In this document: piece by piece, positions 17,845 to 27,191 of the stretch
How positions within the stretch are numbered: the first letter of the stretch is position 1
Layout: each line of letters starts with the position of its first letter
Assembly: GCA_023245865.1 (NCBI GenBank)
Contig: JAHFJN010000001.1
Coordinates: 486,722 to 550,721, forward strand
Length of the DNA: 64,000 nucleotides
Direction of reading: 5' to 3'
Origin: Candidatus Peribacteria bacterium
Lineage (GTDB): Bacteria; Patescibacteriota; Gracilibacteria; Peribacterales; Peribacteraceae
Notes under the pieces: generated by a model
What the model was told of the DNA's origin: nothing
Database searches by the model: none
Seen by the model: only the letters and a program-made list of their open reading frames with translations
Made by a program: the position numbers and the translations under genes

Positions 17845-19202
17845 GCTGCCTTCATCGATGCTTTTTTGGCCGCTTCCACGTACTGCATCTTGTCATCGAG
17901 AAATAGGCACTGCTGCGGGAACTTTCTCATACGGAGGCACGCAACCCGCCACGCAGCAAGTTCGCTCTGTCGCTGGAAGGTGCTGCCACTCTTCTTGGAA
18001 CACCGCAGATTAGGCGAGAGGAATACATCCTCAAATGCATCGTAGGCCCCCGACTGCCGGAGCGCATCGCGGTGCTGGGGAATGGTATCCGAAAGCGCGT
18101 AGAGACTGTAGCCCTTGGACTTTGCCTGCAGCAACAGTGATTGCATCGCGGGAATAATTTCCCCATCGAACGATCGTGTGAACATATCGCGCTGATCAGG
18201 CGTGACGGGACATTCGATACGCTCTCCAAATGACTTCCAGAAAGCATCCGTACTCTTCTCCCCCCTCTGCAACGCGGGTATCAATTCATCCCAATACCGC
18301 ACGAGAGTTTCTTCATCGAGGTGAAACGCATGACAAAAATCCCGGATGATCACAGGATCACTGTCCAAAATCAGAACGCCGCCGACGTCCCACACGAGCG
18401 TGTCGACCGGCAATTGTTTCTCGCGCTCTTCGATGGCACTCCGCACATCGGTGATGTCGACCTTGTACTCTCTCTGGAGCCACGCTGCGATGTCTTCATA
18501 GTGCTTCCCCCACTGCTTGACCACGTCGGTACTGAGGGTTTTTCTCGCCGCATTCTCGCTTGGCCAAGGTCCGGAAGCTGCGGCAGAAAAAGAGCCTCGT
18601 GATGCGTAGTGGTACTCCAAAGTTTCTTCCAACGATTGGATCGTGCTGTCATCCTTTCTCTTCCCGCAAATATCGGCAATGATGACGATCCGTTGTGCGG
18701 GGGTGAAGGCATCGATCGATGTGAATTCTTCGGGGTGAAGATACGAACGGTGCGGCTGCAATTGTTCGCGGATGGAACGCGGGATGGAGAGTTTTCTGAG
18801 CAGCACATCACCCAGACCGTCATTGCGAAAGTACCGGTGGGGATTCACGCCCTCGGGATGCGTCAGCAATCTTCCTGCATCATGCAAAAGCCCAAGTGTG
18901 CGAAATTCATGAGGATTGTAACCAAGTTTCTCTGCGATCCGTGCGGCGAATTCTCCGGTAAGCTGCAGGTGGCTGTGCGTTCGGTAGTTCTCGCCATCCG
19001 GAGGAAAAGCGGAGAGCAGGAAGTCCTCCACGCGCCGCGCATCCTCCGCAGTCACCTCGCGCTTTTCTGCAAGGAGTGGAACAGCGCCATACTCACGCGC
19101 GACGTTCACAGCTCGCTCGATCGTTGTAGCAACGCGAAGTCCCTCCTCTTCAAAGCGAACTCCCGGACGACTCGTTTCCGGCGTTGTGCGCCATTCTTTC
19201 AT
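17787..19202 (-). CDS. HD-domain / HAD-family hydrolase fusion protein
   Basis: N-terminal HD motif (LGLLHDAGR). C-terminal HAD motifs (VWDVGGVL..., ...LFLDDK...). Confidence 0.75.
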   Translation of the reverse strand: MKEWRTTPETSRPGVRFEEEGLRVATTIERAVNVAREYGAVPLLAEKREVTAEDARRVEDFLLSAFPPDGENYRTHSHLQLTGEFAARIAEKLGYNPHEFRTLGLLHDAGRLLTHPEGVNPHRYFRNDGLGDVLLRKLSIPRSIREQLQPHRSYLHPEEFTSIDAFTPAQRIVIIADICGKRKDDSTIQSLEETLEYHYASRGSFSAAASGPWPSENAARKTLSTDVVKQWGKHYEDIAAWLQREYKVDITDVRSAIEEREKQLPVDTLVWDVGGVLILDSDPVIIRDFCHAFHLDEETLVRYWDELIPALQRGEKSTDAFWKSFGERIECPVTPDQRDMFTRSFDGEIIPAMQSLLLQAKSKGYSLYALSDTIPQHRDALRQSGAYDAFEDVFLSPNLRCSKKSGSTFQRQSELAAWRVACLRMRKFPQQCLFLDDKMQYVEAAKKASMKAAQVRSPEEAEAVLRAFGIL

Positions 19203-19275
19203 AGAAATATTATATCCTTGAAAATATTTCTGTCAATGTTCTGCAACGCACTGTTGTCTCGGGTACACTCATTGT

Positions 19276-19623
19276 ATGTCCCCTATGCAGATCATCACGA
19301 AAACCATCGATCGCTCCACTTTGAAAAAACTCGCAGAGGAGCGTTTTGGAGACATGGTAAAAGCCGTTGTGGATATCGATCGTCATATCATGGCAATCGG
19401 GGGTGAACTGCATTCAGATGAGGAACAGATACTCTTGGAGCAGGGATCAAAACAAGAAAATTTGTGGGGTATCAATCTCTATCCGGATAGATCAGACGAA
19501 ATCTGGATAGAATTCGATTCCATGATCAATCTTCGACCTCACCAAGGCAATCGTTCGCGCAGTGTCGATGATGCTGCCACGCAAGCAGCCATTCGTGCTA
19601 CCGTCTCCTCTCTCGTTTCATGA
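19276..19623 (+). CDS. DUF5674-like protein
   Basis: ...MVKAVVDIDRHIMAIGGELHSDEE...NLWGINLYP...FDSMINLRPHQGNRSR... matches my recollection of DUF5674. Confidence 0.6.
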   Translation: MSPMQIITKTIDRSTLKKLAEERFGDMVKAVVDIDRHIMAIGGELHSDEEQILLEQGSKQENLWGINLYPDRSDEIWIEFDSMINLRPHQGNRSRSVDDAATQAAIRATVSSLVS

Positions 19624-19949
19624 ACCCCCCGATGCATCCAGAATTGGCTGCGGGTCGGTGGCACACCTTCCCATTGATGCTGCAACTCGCACACGTGGGC
19701 AGCGAAGTCTCGCGCGCTTGCAAAGCAAAAGACAACAACGACCATGAACGACTCTGGTTTGCGTTGGAACGGATGCTCGAACTCCTGGATTTGACCATCG
19801 GCGACCCAAAAAACAGATATCGCCTGCGCGAACTCTGTCGGGCGCGGGAAGTGCTCTGTGATTATCTGGTCGGTGGAAATACGTATCATTCAACAACTCC
19901 ATCACTCGATCGCTATTTTCTGCAATTTGCAATCGCGGCAAAACATTAA
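19620..19949 (+). CDS. hypothetical protein
   Basis: 109-aa ORF. ATGA start/stop overlap with the upstream gene. Confidence 0.55.
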   Translation: MNPPMHPELAAGRWHTFPLMLQLAHVGSEVSRACKAKDNNDHERLWFALERMLELLDLTIGDPKNRYRLRELCRAREVLCDYLVGGNTYHSTTPSLDRYFLQFAIAAKH

Positions 19950-19973
19950 AAAAGGGGTGCCGCTTTGGCACCC
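19948..19973 (-). terminator. rho-independent terminator for the 19997-20290 gene
   Basis: Stem GGGTGCC/GGCACCC (19955-19973), followed on the minus strand by a T-run (A-run 19948-19953 on plus). Confidence 0.6.
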
Positions 19974-19996
19974 ACGTCCGCTCATGCACCATCCGC

Positions 19997-20290
19997 TTAA
20001 TACGGCATCCACCACCGATTAAAGTGTACGCTGGCCACTCCTCCGACTGTGAAAACCAATCCACTCAGAAGCGCATGCCAGAAGGTCGGTACTGAGAGAG
20101 TTTCCAGTCCCCAGTACACCGATACACCGACGGTAATGGCAAAGAGGAAAGAAGCGATGCGCATTGATTTCAACGCAAAATACATCGACCATCCATAGCG
20201 ACCGCTGTGAAATTTACATACGAGCCAGCAGATCGCCGCGTTCACGCCCGTCATGACCCACAACAACCAAAATCCAGCTTCCATCGTCAT
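19997..20290 (-). CDS. small membrane protein (three predicted TM helices)
   Basis: Start at the internal ATG (MTMEAGFWLLWV...); hydrophobic throughout. Confidence 0.55.
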   Translation of the reverse strand: MTMEAGFWLLWVMTGVNAAICWLVCKFHSGRYGWSMYFALKSMRIASFLFAITVGVSVYWGLETLSVPTFWHALLSGLVFTVGGVASVHFNRWWMPY

Positions 20291-20388
20291 GGCATCACAT
20301 CCTTTCGAGAGATAGTGTAGTGAATGAGCAGGAGAGTGATCGTACTCCACCGTGAACCCATGTGTTATAGGTGCTATACCCCCTGCAT

Positions 20389-20579
20389 GTCGCCGATGCA
20401 GATTATCAAGATGTACATCGAACATCTCACATGGAGTGTATCAGTCCACCTGCTCGAAGTTCGCGAAAGAAGTGATCGAGCGACATGGCATCGTTCTTGG
20501 AATGCTCCTCACCTGCAAACGCCTGCTGTCGTGTAATCCCTGGGCGAAGCCGACAATTCCGATGCTTGACAATATATAA
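20389..20579 (+). pseudogene. chimeric relic: DUF5674-like 5' end joined to a yidD 3' half
   Basis: 20389-20425 resembles 19276-19312 (both encode MSPMQII). 20448-20555 is ~90% identical by eye to yidD 17669-17776. The two parts are in different frames. Confidence 0.7.
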
Positions 20580-20593
20580 TTAAAATGTAAAAT
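20566..20593 (+). promoter_or_regulatory. promoter TTGACA-16-TAAAAT
   Basis: Consensus -35. The -10 ends 6 nt before ATG 20600, predicting a leaderless transcript. Confidence 0.55.
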
Positions 20594-20599
20594 GCATTT

Positions 20600-20860
20600 A
20601 TGAACAAGAACGAACTCATCGATGCACTCTGCGCACCTGATACGGTTGGAGGTGACATGGTTCGGCAATCCCTCCAAACGTACTTGGCCGATATTCCTGA
20701 TGAAGACAACACAAAAAAATATCGCCATCGTTTCGAGTCTGCATTGGATAGCGTGTTTGGAAGCGCGCATGGTATCGCACTCTTGCCGGGGCAAGATATG
20801 GTCGTGGAGGACCTGTGGGAACAATACAGCGATCGCTTGTCAGAATTGCTTCGTGCATAG
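20600..20860 (+). CDS. hypothetical protein (86 aa)
   Basis: ORF directly downstream of a strong promoter. No family recognised. Confidence 0.55.
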   Translation: MNKNELIDALCAPDTVGGDMVRQSLQTYLADIPDEDNTKKYRHRFESALDSVFGSAHGIALLPGQDMVVEDLWEQYSDRLSELLRA

Positions 20861-20866
20861 AAAAAC

Positions 20867-21253
20867 ATGTCTCCTCGCTTCTTTCGATCATCGCGCACAA
20901 GTCTGAGCTACAAAACGCCAGAAGCAAAACAGAGTGATGTTGATTTTGTGCGCGCACTGCGAGCAGCCGGAGAACGCGAGGAGCGCATCCACTCTACGCT
21001 CGAACATCATAGTCACCTGTCTCAAGCCACCATATACGATTCGCTCATGGAACTGACGATTCGACCCGCTGATGCAGTTATCGCATTGAGGGTGGCTCTC
21101 ATTTTAAACAAACGCACAGTCGTACAAAGAGCAGCGAAAGTCATCGTAAACGCCGCGTATCTCTCTGATGCAATCAAAAAAGAAGCAGCCTCCCTTCTTC
21201 GGTCATCTGGTCAAAGCACCATCACTGCAAGACATGAGAAAAATAACCTGTGA
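20867..21253 (+). CDS. hypothetical protein (128 aa)
   Basis: ORF 6 nt after the previous stop. No family recognised. Confidence 0.5.
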   Translation: MSPRFFRSSRTSLSYKTPEAKQSDVDFVRALRAAGEREERIHSTLEHHSHLSQATIYDSLMELTIRPADAVIALRVALILNKRTVVQRAAKVIVNAAYLSDAIKKEAASLLRSSGQSTITARHEKNNL

Positions 21254-21309
21254 AGAACACGCGATCCCTATTTGACTATTACCAATTTAGTGTTCTATGA
21301 TTTTGTCGT

Positions 21310-22458
21310 ATGGTTAAAGAGCCTTCCACAAATCCCAATTACTTCGAGGGAGATGATATTTCTCCTACAGCACTCGCAAGACAAATGGCAAAAATCGCCG
21401 CTCGTACAACCTATGAACCGCCGCTGTATCGTGTGGATACTGCCACGTTCGTTTCCATGAATGACTGGAGTGAGTACGGGGATCTTTTACGGCAAGAATC
21501 GATCAAAGAGCTAATCGGAACCCTGATGAGAGGATCCGACATCCGGCACAGTTTTGCGCGCTCGACACAAGTTGCATTCGTCACCCAGAGAGATAAGAAG
21601 GGCTTAGCGGGGGTCGCGTTGATGAACTATGAAAATGAATATCATGATCTGGAGCATCACATCTTCCATTCGGAACCGACGGTGAACGTGCTTGCCTACG
21701 GCACCGTGCCAAAAACAGGTCAGATCAATTTTTCTGTTCTGTATCATCTCGCGGAGGTAATTATCAGTTATGCGTCGCATATTGCGGAGGTTCTGTACCC
21801 TCACCAAGCACGCTTTGAATCTTCCCCTTTCACGCCGGCTGTGTACCTCAAAGTATCAGAGAATGACGCACTACCGACAAGTCTCGCAGCGGACATCCAT
21901 ACATGCATATCCAATATTATCGGTCATCTGAGCAGGATCGAAGAAACTCTCCCCGTGCTGAAGGGAGGATTCGACGAAAGAATTATGGAGTTGGATGCGG
22001 CACTCTCACCCCTCAAGAGTCGACACGCAAACCATGCTCTGGGAACGCGGATGATCAAGAGCAATGCTCTTCTGAAGAAATTGAATCCCGACAGAATACG
22101 ATGGGGCGGGGATGATGACATCTACAGAGATATGCAACAAACTGCTATCGCTCTGCGCAGACTTCTACGGTCCCTGATGAAAGGAATGGATGATTCCTGC
22201 GCCCAATTGTATCCGGCGGCATCCAACCTTTCGCCACTCGTCACCACCGATGCCGAAACGAGCGATGGGGTCATCTCTCTTCAATTGGCACACAATCAAA
22301 ACATCCAGGGAATTGTTGAGTTTACGCCACAGAATCTACGGGATCCTGATCCCGTAATCAATTTCTCTCATCACAGGAAATCCCCCATTTCCGACCTCGC
22401 GGGAGCGCTGTTCACACGCGTGCTGGGGGGCAAGTGGTGGAGGGCGCAGATGCAGTAG
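21310..22458 (+). CDS. hypothetical protein (382 aa)
   Basis: Long ORF with no recognisable motifs. Confidence 0.6.
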   Translation: MVKEPSTNPNYFEGDDISPTALARQMAKIAARTTYEPPLYRVDTATFVSMNDWSEYGDLLRQESIKELIGTLMRGSDIRHSFARSTQVAFVTQRDKKGLAGVALMNYENEYHDLEHHIFHSEPTVNVLAYGTVPKTGQINFSVLYHLAEVIISYASHIAEVLYPHQARFESSPFTPAVYLKVSENDALPTSLAADIHTCISNIIGHLSRIEETLPVLKGGFDERIMELDAALSPLKSRHANHALGTRMIKSNALLKKLNPDRIRWGGDDDIYRDMQQTAIALRRLLRSLMKGMDDSCAQLYPAASNLSPLVTTDAETSDGVISLQLAHNQNIQGIVEFTPQNLRDPDPVINFSHHRKSPISDLAGALFTRVLGGKWWRAQMQ

Positions 22459-22501
22459 AAATCCTTGTTTTTCTTAAAGAGGACTTTACAATCAATCCCC
22501 C

Positions 22502-22723
22502 ATGGACGACAACACCCCGACAACAAAGGCAGACATCCGGAGAATTGAAGAGAGTATTCAAAAGCTGACCAAAATCGTACGTTCGATGGCCGAAGGTATG
22601 GAAAGACTGCACGAAGCAGATGATCAGATCCTCACAGTCCTCGTCAACGTCGATAAACGCCTCACAGGCAAAGTGGAAAATCACGAATCACGGATCGTGC
22701 GTCTGGAAAGTGTGGCAGCCTGA
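22502..22723 (+). CDS. small coiled-coil protein (73 aa)
   Basis: Heptad-like charged/hydrophobic pattern. No family recognised. Confidence 0.5.
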   Translation: MDDNTPTTKADIRRIEESIQKLTKIVRSMAEGMERLHEADDQILTVLVNVDKRLTGKVENHESRIVRLESVAA

Positions 22724-22856
22724 ATGGATTGTGGAACTCTATATTGAATGTTATACCAACCTTTTCCCCCATTACCAATAAAAGAGTCGAAATCCGGGAA
22801 TTTTGATTCAGGATTTTCCATAAATTATATTTTACACATAAATATATTTATGTCAA

Positions 22857-22876
22857 TGGAGCGGGTTACTGGAATC
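22857..22876. repeat. degenerate copy of the tRNA-Gly 3' end (possible att remnant)
   Basis: TGGAGCGGGTTACTGGAATC versus the tRNA's TGGAGCGGGTAGCGGGAATC (17/20 by hand), in the same orientation. Confidence 0.5.
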
Positions 22877-22912
22877 TATTGCAACCATGATGCTAAATCC
22901 TTCCAATCTTTT

Positions 22913-23368
22913 CTATCGCCCATATTCTGATGCGGGTCCTTCGCAACATACGCCTTCGTTCGTTACGAGAGCTTCCATTGCCCCTCTTCCACATATTTCA
23001 CGTAATTCCTTTACCTGCTCTAGTAACGAATCAGTTAGAAAATAATCTCTTACACAAAGGCACGTAACAGCGATTGACACTCTTCGTAGTTCATTTGTAA
23101 TGGCCTCTTTTAGTTTTTCGTTTTTAGCTAATTCAGGGTTAGCAATTTCCACTTCTAATTCTTGCTGTCTTTGCATTAAGGCCATTGCAGCATTGCGCGT
23201 TCCACGAAGTGCTCTTGTATGACTCCAGTGAGTTCTTTTATAGGACAAATGATCAACAACATTTGCGTCACCAACAGATTTACTTATTGGGAGCCCCAAA
23301 TCAGTTTTTGAATCATCACCCCTTGGAAGAAGTTCAAAAAAAGGCTTTTCATCAACACGGATACGCAT
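22913..23368 (-). CDS. hypothetical protein in an AT-rich islet
   Basis: ORF in a visibly AT-richer segment next to tRNA-Gly. Start at the internal ATG (MRIRVDEK...). Confidence 0.45.
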   Translation of the reverse strand: MRIRVDEKPFFELLPRGDDSKTDLGLPISKSVGDANVVDHLSYKRTHWSHTRALRGTRNAAMALMQRQQELEVEIANPELAKNEKLKEAITNELRRVSIAVTCLCVRDYFLTDSLLEQVKELREICGRGAMEALVTNEGVCCEGPASEYGR

Positions 23369-23474
23369 CTTAAAAATTAGGGAAGATATACAGTTTGTTA
23401 TTGTATATAATGCATGATACTTGTCAAGTACCCCAAAATAGTTTTTTACTTTATTTTTAATGCAGTTCAAATAT

Positions 23475-23548
23475 TGGAGCGGGTAGCGGGAATCGAACCC
23501 GCATCCTCAGCTTGGAAGGCTGATGTACTACCACTGTACGATACCCGC
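23475..23548 (-). tRNA. tRNA-Gly (anticodon UCC)
   Basis: Acceptor GCGGGTA/TACCCGC, anticodon loop CUUCCAA, T-loop TTCGATT, encoded CCA. Confidence 0.93.
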
Positions 23549-23646
23549 GTTGATAAAGAGCCAAGAACAATGAACACGAAAAAGGATACTCACAAGCGAC
23601 CAATCTGAGAAGAGGAACTAAGATAGAGCTCAGACCTTACAATCTT

Positions 23647-23898
23647 TTAACGATGAGGACAGCCGGCGAAGCAGCAAGGCCTGCGCATTCCACTTCTCAG
23701 CTTCGAGAGTGCCTTCTTTATGCGGATAGTCCGGGTCTCCACTTTTTTGCCCGAAGTCATCCAACAAATCCATTCATTACGCGCGAGGGGCGAAATATCT
23801 TCCCATACTTCCTGTGCCTCCGGCGTTGAAAGAAGTGCGCTTCGTACATCCGCGGGAACTGTGTGCACCGTCCCAGAGGAAATTCCTGTTTTCACCAT
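23647..23898 (-). CDS. YdeI/OmpD-associated family protein
   Basis: 83 aa; ...PLARNEWICWMTSGKKVETRTIRIKKALSKL... resembles the YdeI C-terminal domain. Confidence 0.65.
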   Translation of the reverse strand: MVKTGISSGTVHTVPADVRSALLSTPEAQEVWEDISPLARNEWICWMTSGKKVETRTIRIKKALSKLRSGMRRPCCFAGCPHR

Positions 23899-23919
23899 AC
23901 GTTCATTGTATCAAATCTC

Positions 23920-23956
23920 TTGCATGGCGTGAGTATGTACGCTATAGTGTACATAC
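23920..23956 (+). promoter_or_regulatory. TA promoter TTGCAT-17-TATAGT with overlapping operator palindrome
   Basis: Inverted repeat GTATGTAC (23933-23940) / GTACATAC (23949-23956) straddles the -10. ATG at 23958. Confidence 0.55.
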
Positions 23957-23957
23957 T

Positions 23958-24233
23958 ATGACCAAACAAGTCACCGCAACACAGGCACGAAAGGAATTTT
24001 TCATGCTCTTGGATCTGGCAAGTAAGCCGGGGCACCAGGTAACCATCACCCATGAAGGTCATCTGCCGGTGATTATGATGTCACAGGAAGATTTTGAAGG
24101 ATGGGTGGAAACACTGGAAATCATGAGTGACCCCCAATTGATGAAAGATTTGCGCAACTATGAAAAGCAGAAGAAGGCAGGAACCCTGAAAACCATTCCC
24201 TGGGAAAAAGTGAAGAAAAAATTACGATTATAA
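23958..24233 (+). CDS. Phd/YefM-family antitoxin
   Basis: MTKQVTATQARKEFFMLLDLA...VTITHEGHLPVIMMSQEDFEGWVETLEI is typical YefM. Confidence 0.85.
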   Translation: MTKQVTATQARKEFFMLLDLASKPGHQVTITHEGHLPVIMMSQEDFEGWVETLEIMSDPQLMKDLRNYEKQKKAGTLKTIPWEKVKKKLRL

Positions 24234-24236
24234 TCT

Positions 24237-24494
24237 ATGTTCTCATTGCGAATACTGGCAAAGGCTCAAAAGCAACTTGAGCGACTGCGGGACAGTGATC
24301 GAAAACGAATTGGCATGGCGATCAATGAATTGCTCATTGATCCATTCGCCGGGAAAAAATTAAAAGGTGAATGGAAAGATTTCTGGTCGCTGCGTGTCTG
24401 GCCATTCCGCATTATCTATGAAATCGACAAAAACATCGTCACCGTCACTATTGTGAATGTCGGCCAACGCAAAGATGTGTACAAAAAGTCATAG
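24237..24494 (+). CDS. RelE/ParE-family toxin
   Basis: 85 aa immediately after the antitoxin. ...WSLRVWPFRIIYEIDKNIVTVTIVNVGQRKDVY is RelE-like. Confidence 0.85.
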   Translation: MFSLRILAKAQKQLERLRDSDRKRIGMAINELLIDPFAGKKLKGEWKDFWSLRVWPFRIIYEIDKNIVTVTIVNVGQRKDVYKKS

Positions 24495-25940
24495 CGCCCC
24501 GAGATCCAACTCTTCATTCACGCTTACAGCTTTCACGAATTCCTGATCGTGACTGACGAGGATCAGTCCCCCTTCGTACTTGTTGAGTGCCTCGGCGATC
24601 ACCGGAATGTGGCGGAAGTTGATGTGATTGGTCGGCTCATCGAGGATGAGGAGCGTGGGTTTTTGGAGCAGGAACCGCGCGAAACACAGCAGTCCTTTTT
24701 GCCCTTCGGAAAGTGCGATCGCTTTGGTCTGCACCTTGTCGCCGGGCAGCAGAAAGCGCGCCGCGGTCGCATAGATCATCTGATCATTTGGTTTTTCCAT
24801 CGCGTCCTCCAGAATTTGGTAGACGGTTTTCTCCATCGGCAATCCTGAAAAATCCTGACGGTAGTAGCCAACGGTGACCCCTTTGGTGATCACCGCGCCT
24901 TTCTCTTTGCCGTTTGCCAGAGCCTCGAGGAGCGAACTTTTGCCGATGCCATTGGGGCCTGTGATGAGCACGCGGTGTCTGCGGCGCACGGTCACCGACA
25001 CATTCTTCTTTACGGGCTTGTGATCTTTCATCACAGTCACCGAGGTGATCTGTACGAGGGGCTTTGGGAAAAGCTCGGCATCGATCGTGAACGGCGGAAT
25101 CGTTTTGTCTTCGCGGCGCACGTCCACTTTATTTTCCTCGGCTTCCGCCACCGCATCGCGCATTTTACTCGCGAGTTTTCGCATTTTTCCGCCTTTGTGG
25201 GAAAAGAAGTTGATCTTCTCCTTGCGGTCCAGAATGTCCTTTTCCATCCGAACGTTCTGGCGCTGCTCGCGTTCGATCTGCGCCTCGATCTCGGCGACGA
25301 CATCGACGTAATCCCCCACGTACTGCTGCACGGTATGTGTATGGGAATCCAGATGCAGCACTCCCTGCGTAAAGCTATTGAGGAAGGCGGCATCATGGGA
25401 GATCACGATGCACGTATGCTCGTACATCACGAGAAACCCTGTGAGATGATCGATCCCCGCAGCGTCGAGGTTATTCGTCGGTTCATCGAGCAGCAGTATA
25501 TCTGGCTCTTGGATAATGGCGTATGCAAGAAGCAGCCGCGCTTTCTGTCCGCCTGAGAATGCATTGATTTTTTTCTCCAGTGGCGCTTTCAGATGCACGA
25601 CATCGAGCACTCTTTTGATGTGTCGCTCCAGATCGTACTGCTTGTCCTTGAACGCTCCTGCGAAGAATTCCAGAACGGTTTTTGAGAGATCCTCGTGTGC
25701 AACCACTTGCCTGGCAATGCCGATGGTCGCGCCTTTTTTGATGTGGATCTCACCCTCCTGAGGCTTGAGAGAGCGCATGATCAATTGAAAGATCGTGCTC
25801 TTCCCCGCGCCGTTTTGCCCCATGATCGTTAGCTTCGCGTTCTCACGCACGGAAAAATTCGCACCTGCGAGAATGGGTTTTCGATGATCGTAATGAAACG
25901 ACACGTCTGCAAACCGTAGGAGGACATCGCCGTGGTCCAT
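24489..25940 (-). CDS. ABC-F family ATPase (two ABC cassettes, no TMD)
   Basis: GQNGAGKST and GPNGIGKSS Walker A motifs, FSGGQ/LSEGQ signatures, charged inter-domain linker. Confidence 0.9.
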   Translation of the reverse strand: MDHGDVLLRFADVSFHYDHRKPILAGANFSVRENAKLTIMGQNGAGKSTIFQLIMRSLKPQEGEIHIKKGATIGIARQVVAHEDLSKTVLEFFAGAFKDKQYDLERHIKRVLDVVHLKAPLEKKINAFSGGQKARLLLAYAIIQEPDILLLDEPTNNLDAAGIDHLTGFLVMYEHTCIVISHDAAFLNSFTQGVLHLDSHTHTVQQYVGDYVDVVAEIEAQIEREQRQNVRMEKDILDRKEKINFFSHKGGKMRKLASKMRDAVAEAEENKVDVRREDKTIPPFTIDAELFPKPLVQITSVTVMKDHKPVKKNVSVTVRRRHRVLITGPNGIGKSSLLEALANGKEKGAVITKGVTVGYYRQDFSGLPMEKTVYQILEDAMEKPNDQMIYATAARFLLPGDKVQTKAIALSEGQKGLLCFARFLLQKPTLLILDEPTNHINFRHIPVIAEALNKYEGGLILVSHDQEFVKAVSVNEELDLGAL

Positions 25941-25941
25941 A

Positions 25942-26355
25942 TTATTTCTCTTCGGGAAAGAACTTCTTCTCCACCTCATTGACCACGAATGTAAGGTGCG
26001 ACACGCGTTCACGAATGTCGTGCAGGATGTGACGCACGCGGGCAGGGTGTTCTCTTTTGAGCTGATTGACGCACTCCGTGCAGATGGTCTTGAGAAGATA
26101 CCGTGCAGTCATCCACGTACTCGATGCGATCGTAATGATGGAAGCGAGGACATCGACTTCCGGAGGGAGTTGATCAGCTGCCAGCGCAAGCGTGAGACCA
26201 CCGATCACCGTAGTCATCGACAATAACACCTGTATGGATCGTTCTTCGGGTCTCTGATAATCAATAACAGTCCCAATCGCGTTGTGATGAGCAGAGGTAC
26301 GTTTTATGCGCGCAAACACTCGCTCCTCTCGCCGCTGCTGCTCAGAAATTTCCAT
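25942..26355 (-). CDS. hypothetical two-TM membrane protein
   Basis: Abuts the ABC-F start. Start at the internal ATG (MEISEQQ...). Confidence 0.5.
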   Translation of the reverse strand: MEISEQQRREERVFARIKRTSAHHNAIGTVIDYQRPEERSIQVLLSMTTVIGGLTLALAADQLPPEVDVLASIITIASSTWMTARYLLKTICTECVNQLKREHPARVRHILHDIRERVSHLTFVVNEVEKKFFPEEK

Positions 26356-26552
26356 GGACGAGGAATCTAGCACGGCGAAGATGGATCGGATAGGTGCTCC
26401 TACACAAAACAAAGCGGCAAAATGTCTCCAATCGCTATTCCTATACCTTTTAAATGATATTAAGAAATACTATTGCATTAAAGTCAATAGGTGGTACACT
26501 CTCCCTCCTGGCCCATTTGAGGCCATGCTTTCATCCCTTCCCCCTTACCCGT

Positions 26553-27191
26553 ATGAACATCTTCCAAAAGCACACGCAGGCAGGGTTGCTTGCAGGTCTC
26601 ACGGCGCTGTTTGGCGTCACGGTCGCCTTCACCTCGGCCTACGAGGGCGAAGTCGTCCAAAGTTCCAATATCTTATCGCAGTTCATCTTGAACAACGCGA
26701 ACGATGTCACCGATATGGCGAATCCGTTCGCCGGTGCATGGTTCGATATGCGAAGCCTCTACAGCCATCCGTGCTATGAGATCGTCGGTATCGAAACACA
26801 GATGTGCCATGATCGATTCGGCATCGACCGCGAGCTTAAGAGTTACGTCATGAGCGGTGAGCTGACGCAGTTCTTGCAAGCCCACAATCTGTTTGATCGC
26901 GAAAAGACGATCGTCCTGCCGCAGCCTGTACAAAACACGGAGACGATCAACCAAAATGTTCAGACAGACTTTACCCGCTACCTCGGACCGACTGTCCGCG
27001 AGAAGAACGAAGAGCAGATCCGTGCGGAGGAAGCGGCACGTTATAATGCCATCCGCGCCGACCGCAGCCACATGCTCTGGGAAATCTGCAGCGACAAGTC
27101 CGACAACCAAGCGGAAATCTCCGCCTGCTACCAGAGAAACATCCGTCTCGTTCGCCGCATGAATGTCGTGATCGAGGGGAATGTGAACTGA
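26553..27191 (+). CDS. secreted/membrane-anchored hypothetical protein
   Basis: The internal ATG gives MNIFQKHTQAGLLAGLTALFGVTVAFTSA, a signal-like N-terminus. Confidence 0.6.
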   Translation: MNIFQKHTQAGLLAGLTALFGVTVAFTSAYEGEVVQSSNILSQFILNNANDVTDMANPFAGAWFDMRSLYSHPCYEIVGIETQMCHDRFGIDRELKSYVMSGELTQFLQAHNLFDREKTIVLPQPVQNTETINQNVQTDFTRYLGPTVREKNEEQIRAEEAARYNAIRADRSHMLWEICSDKSDNQAEISACYQRNIRLVRRMNVVIEGNVN

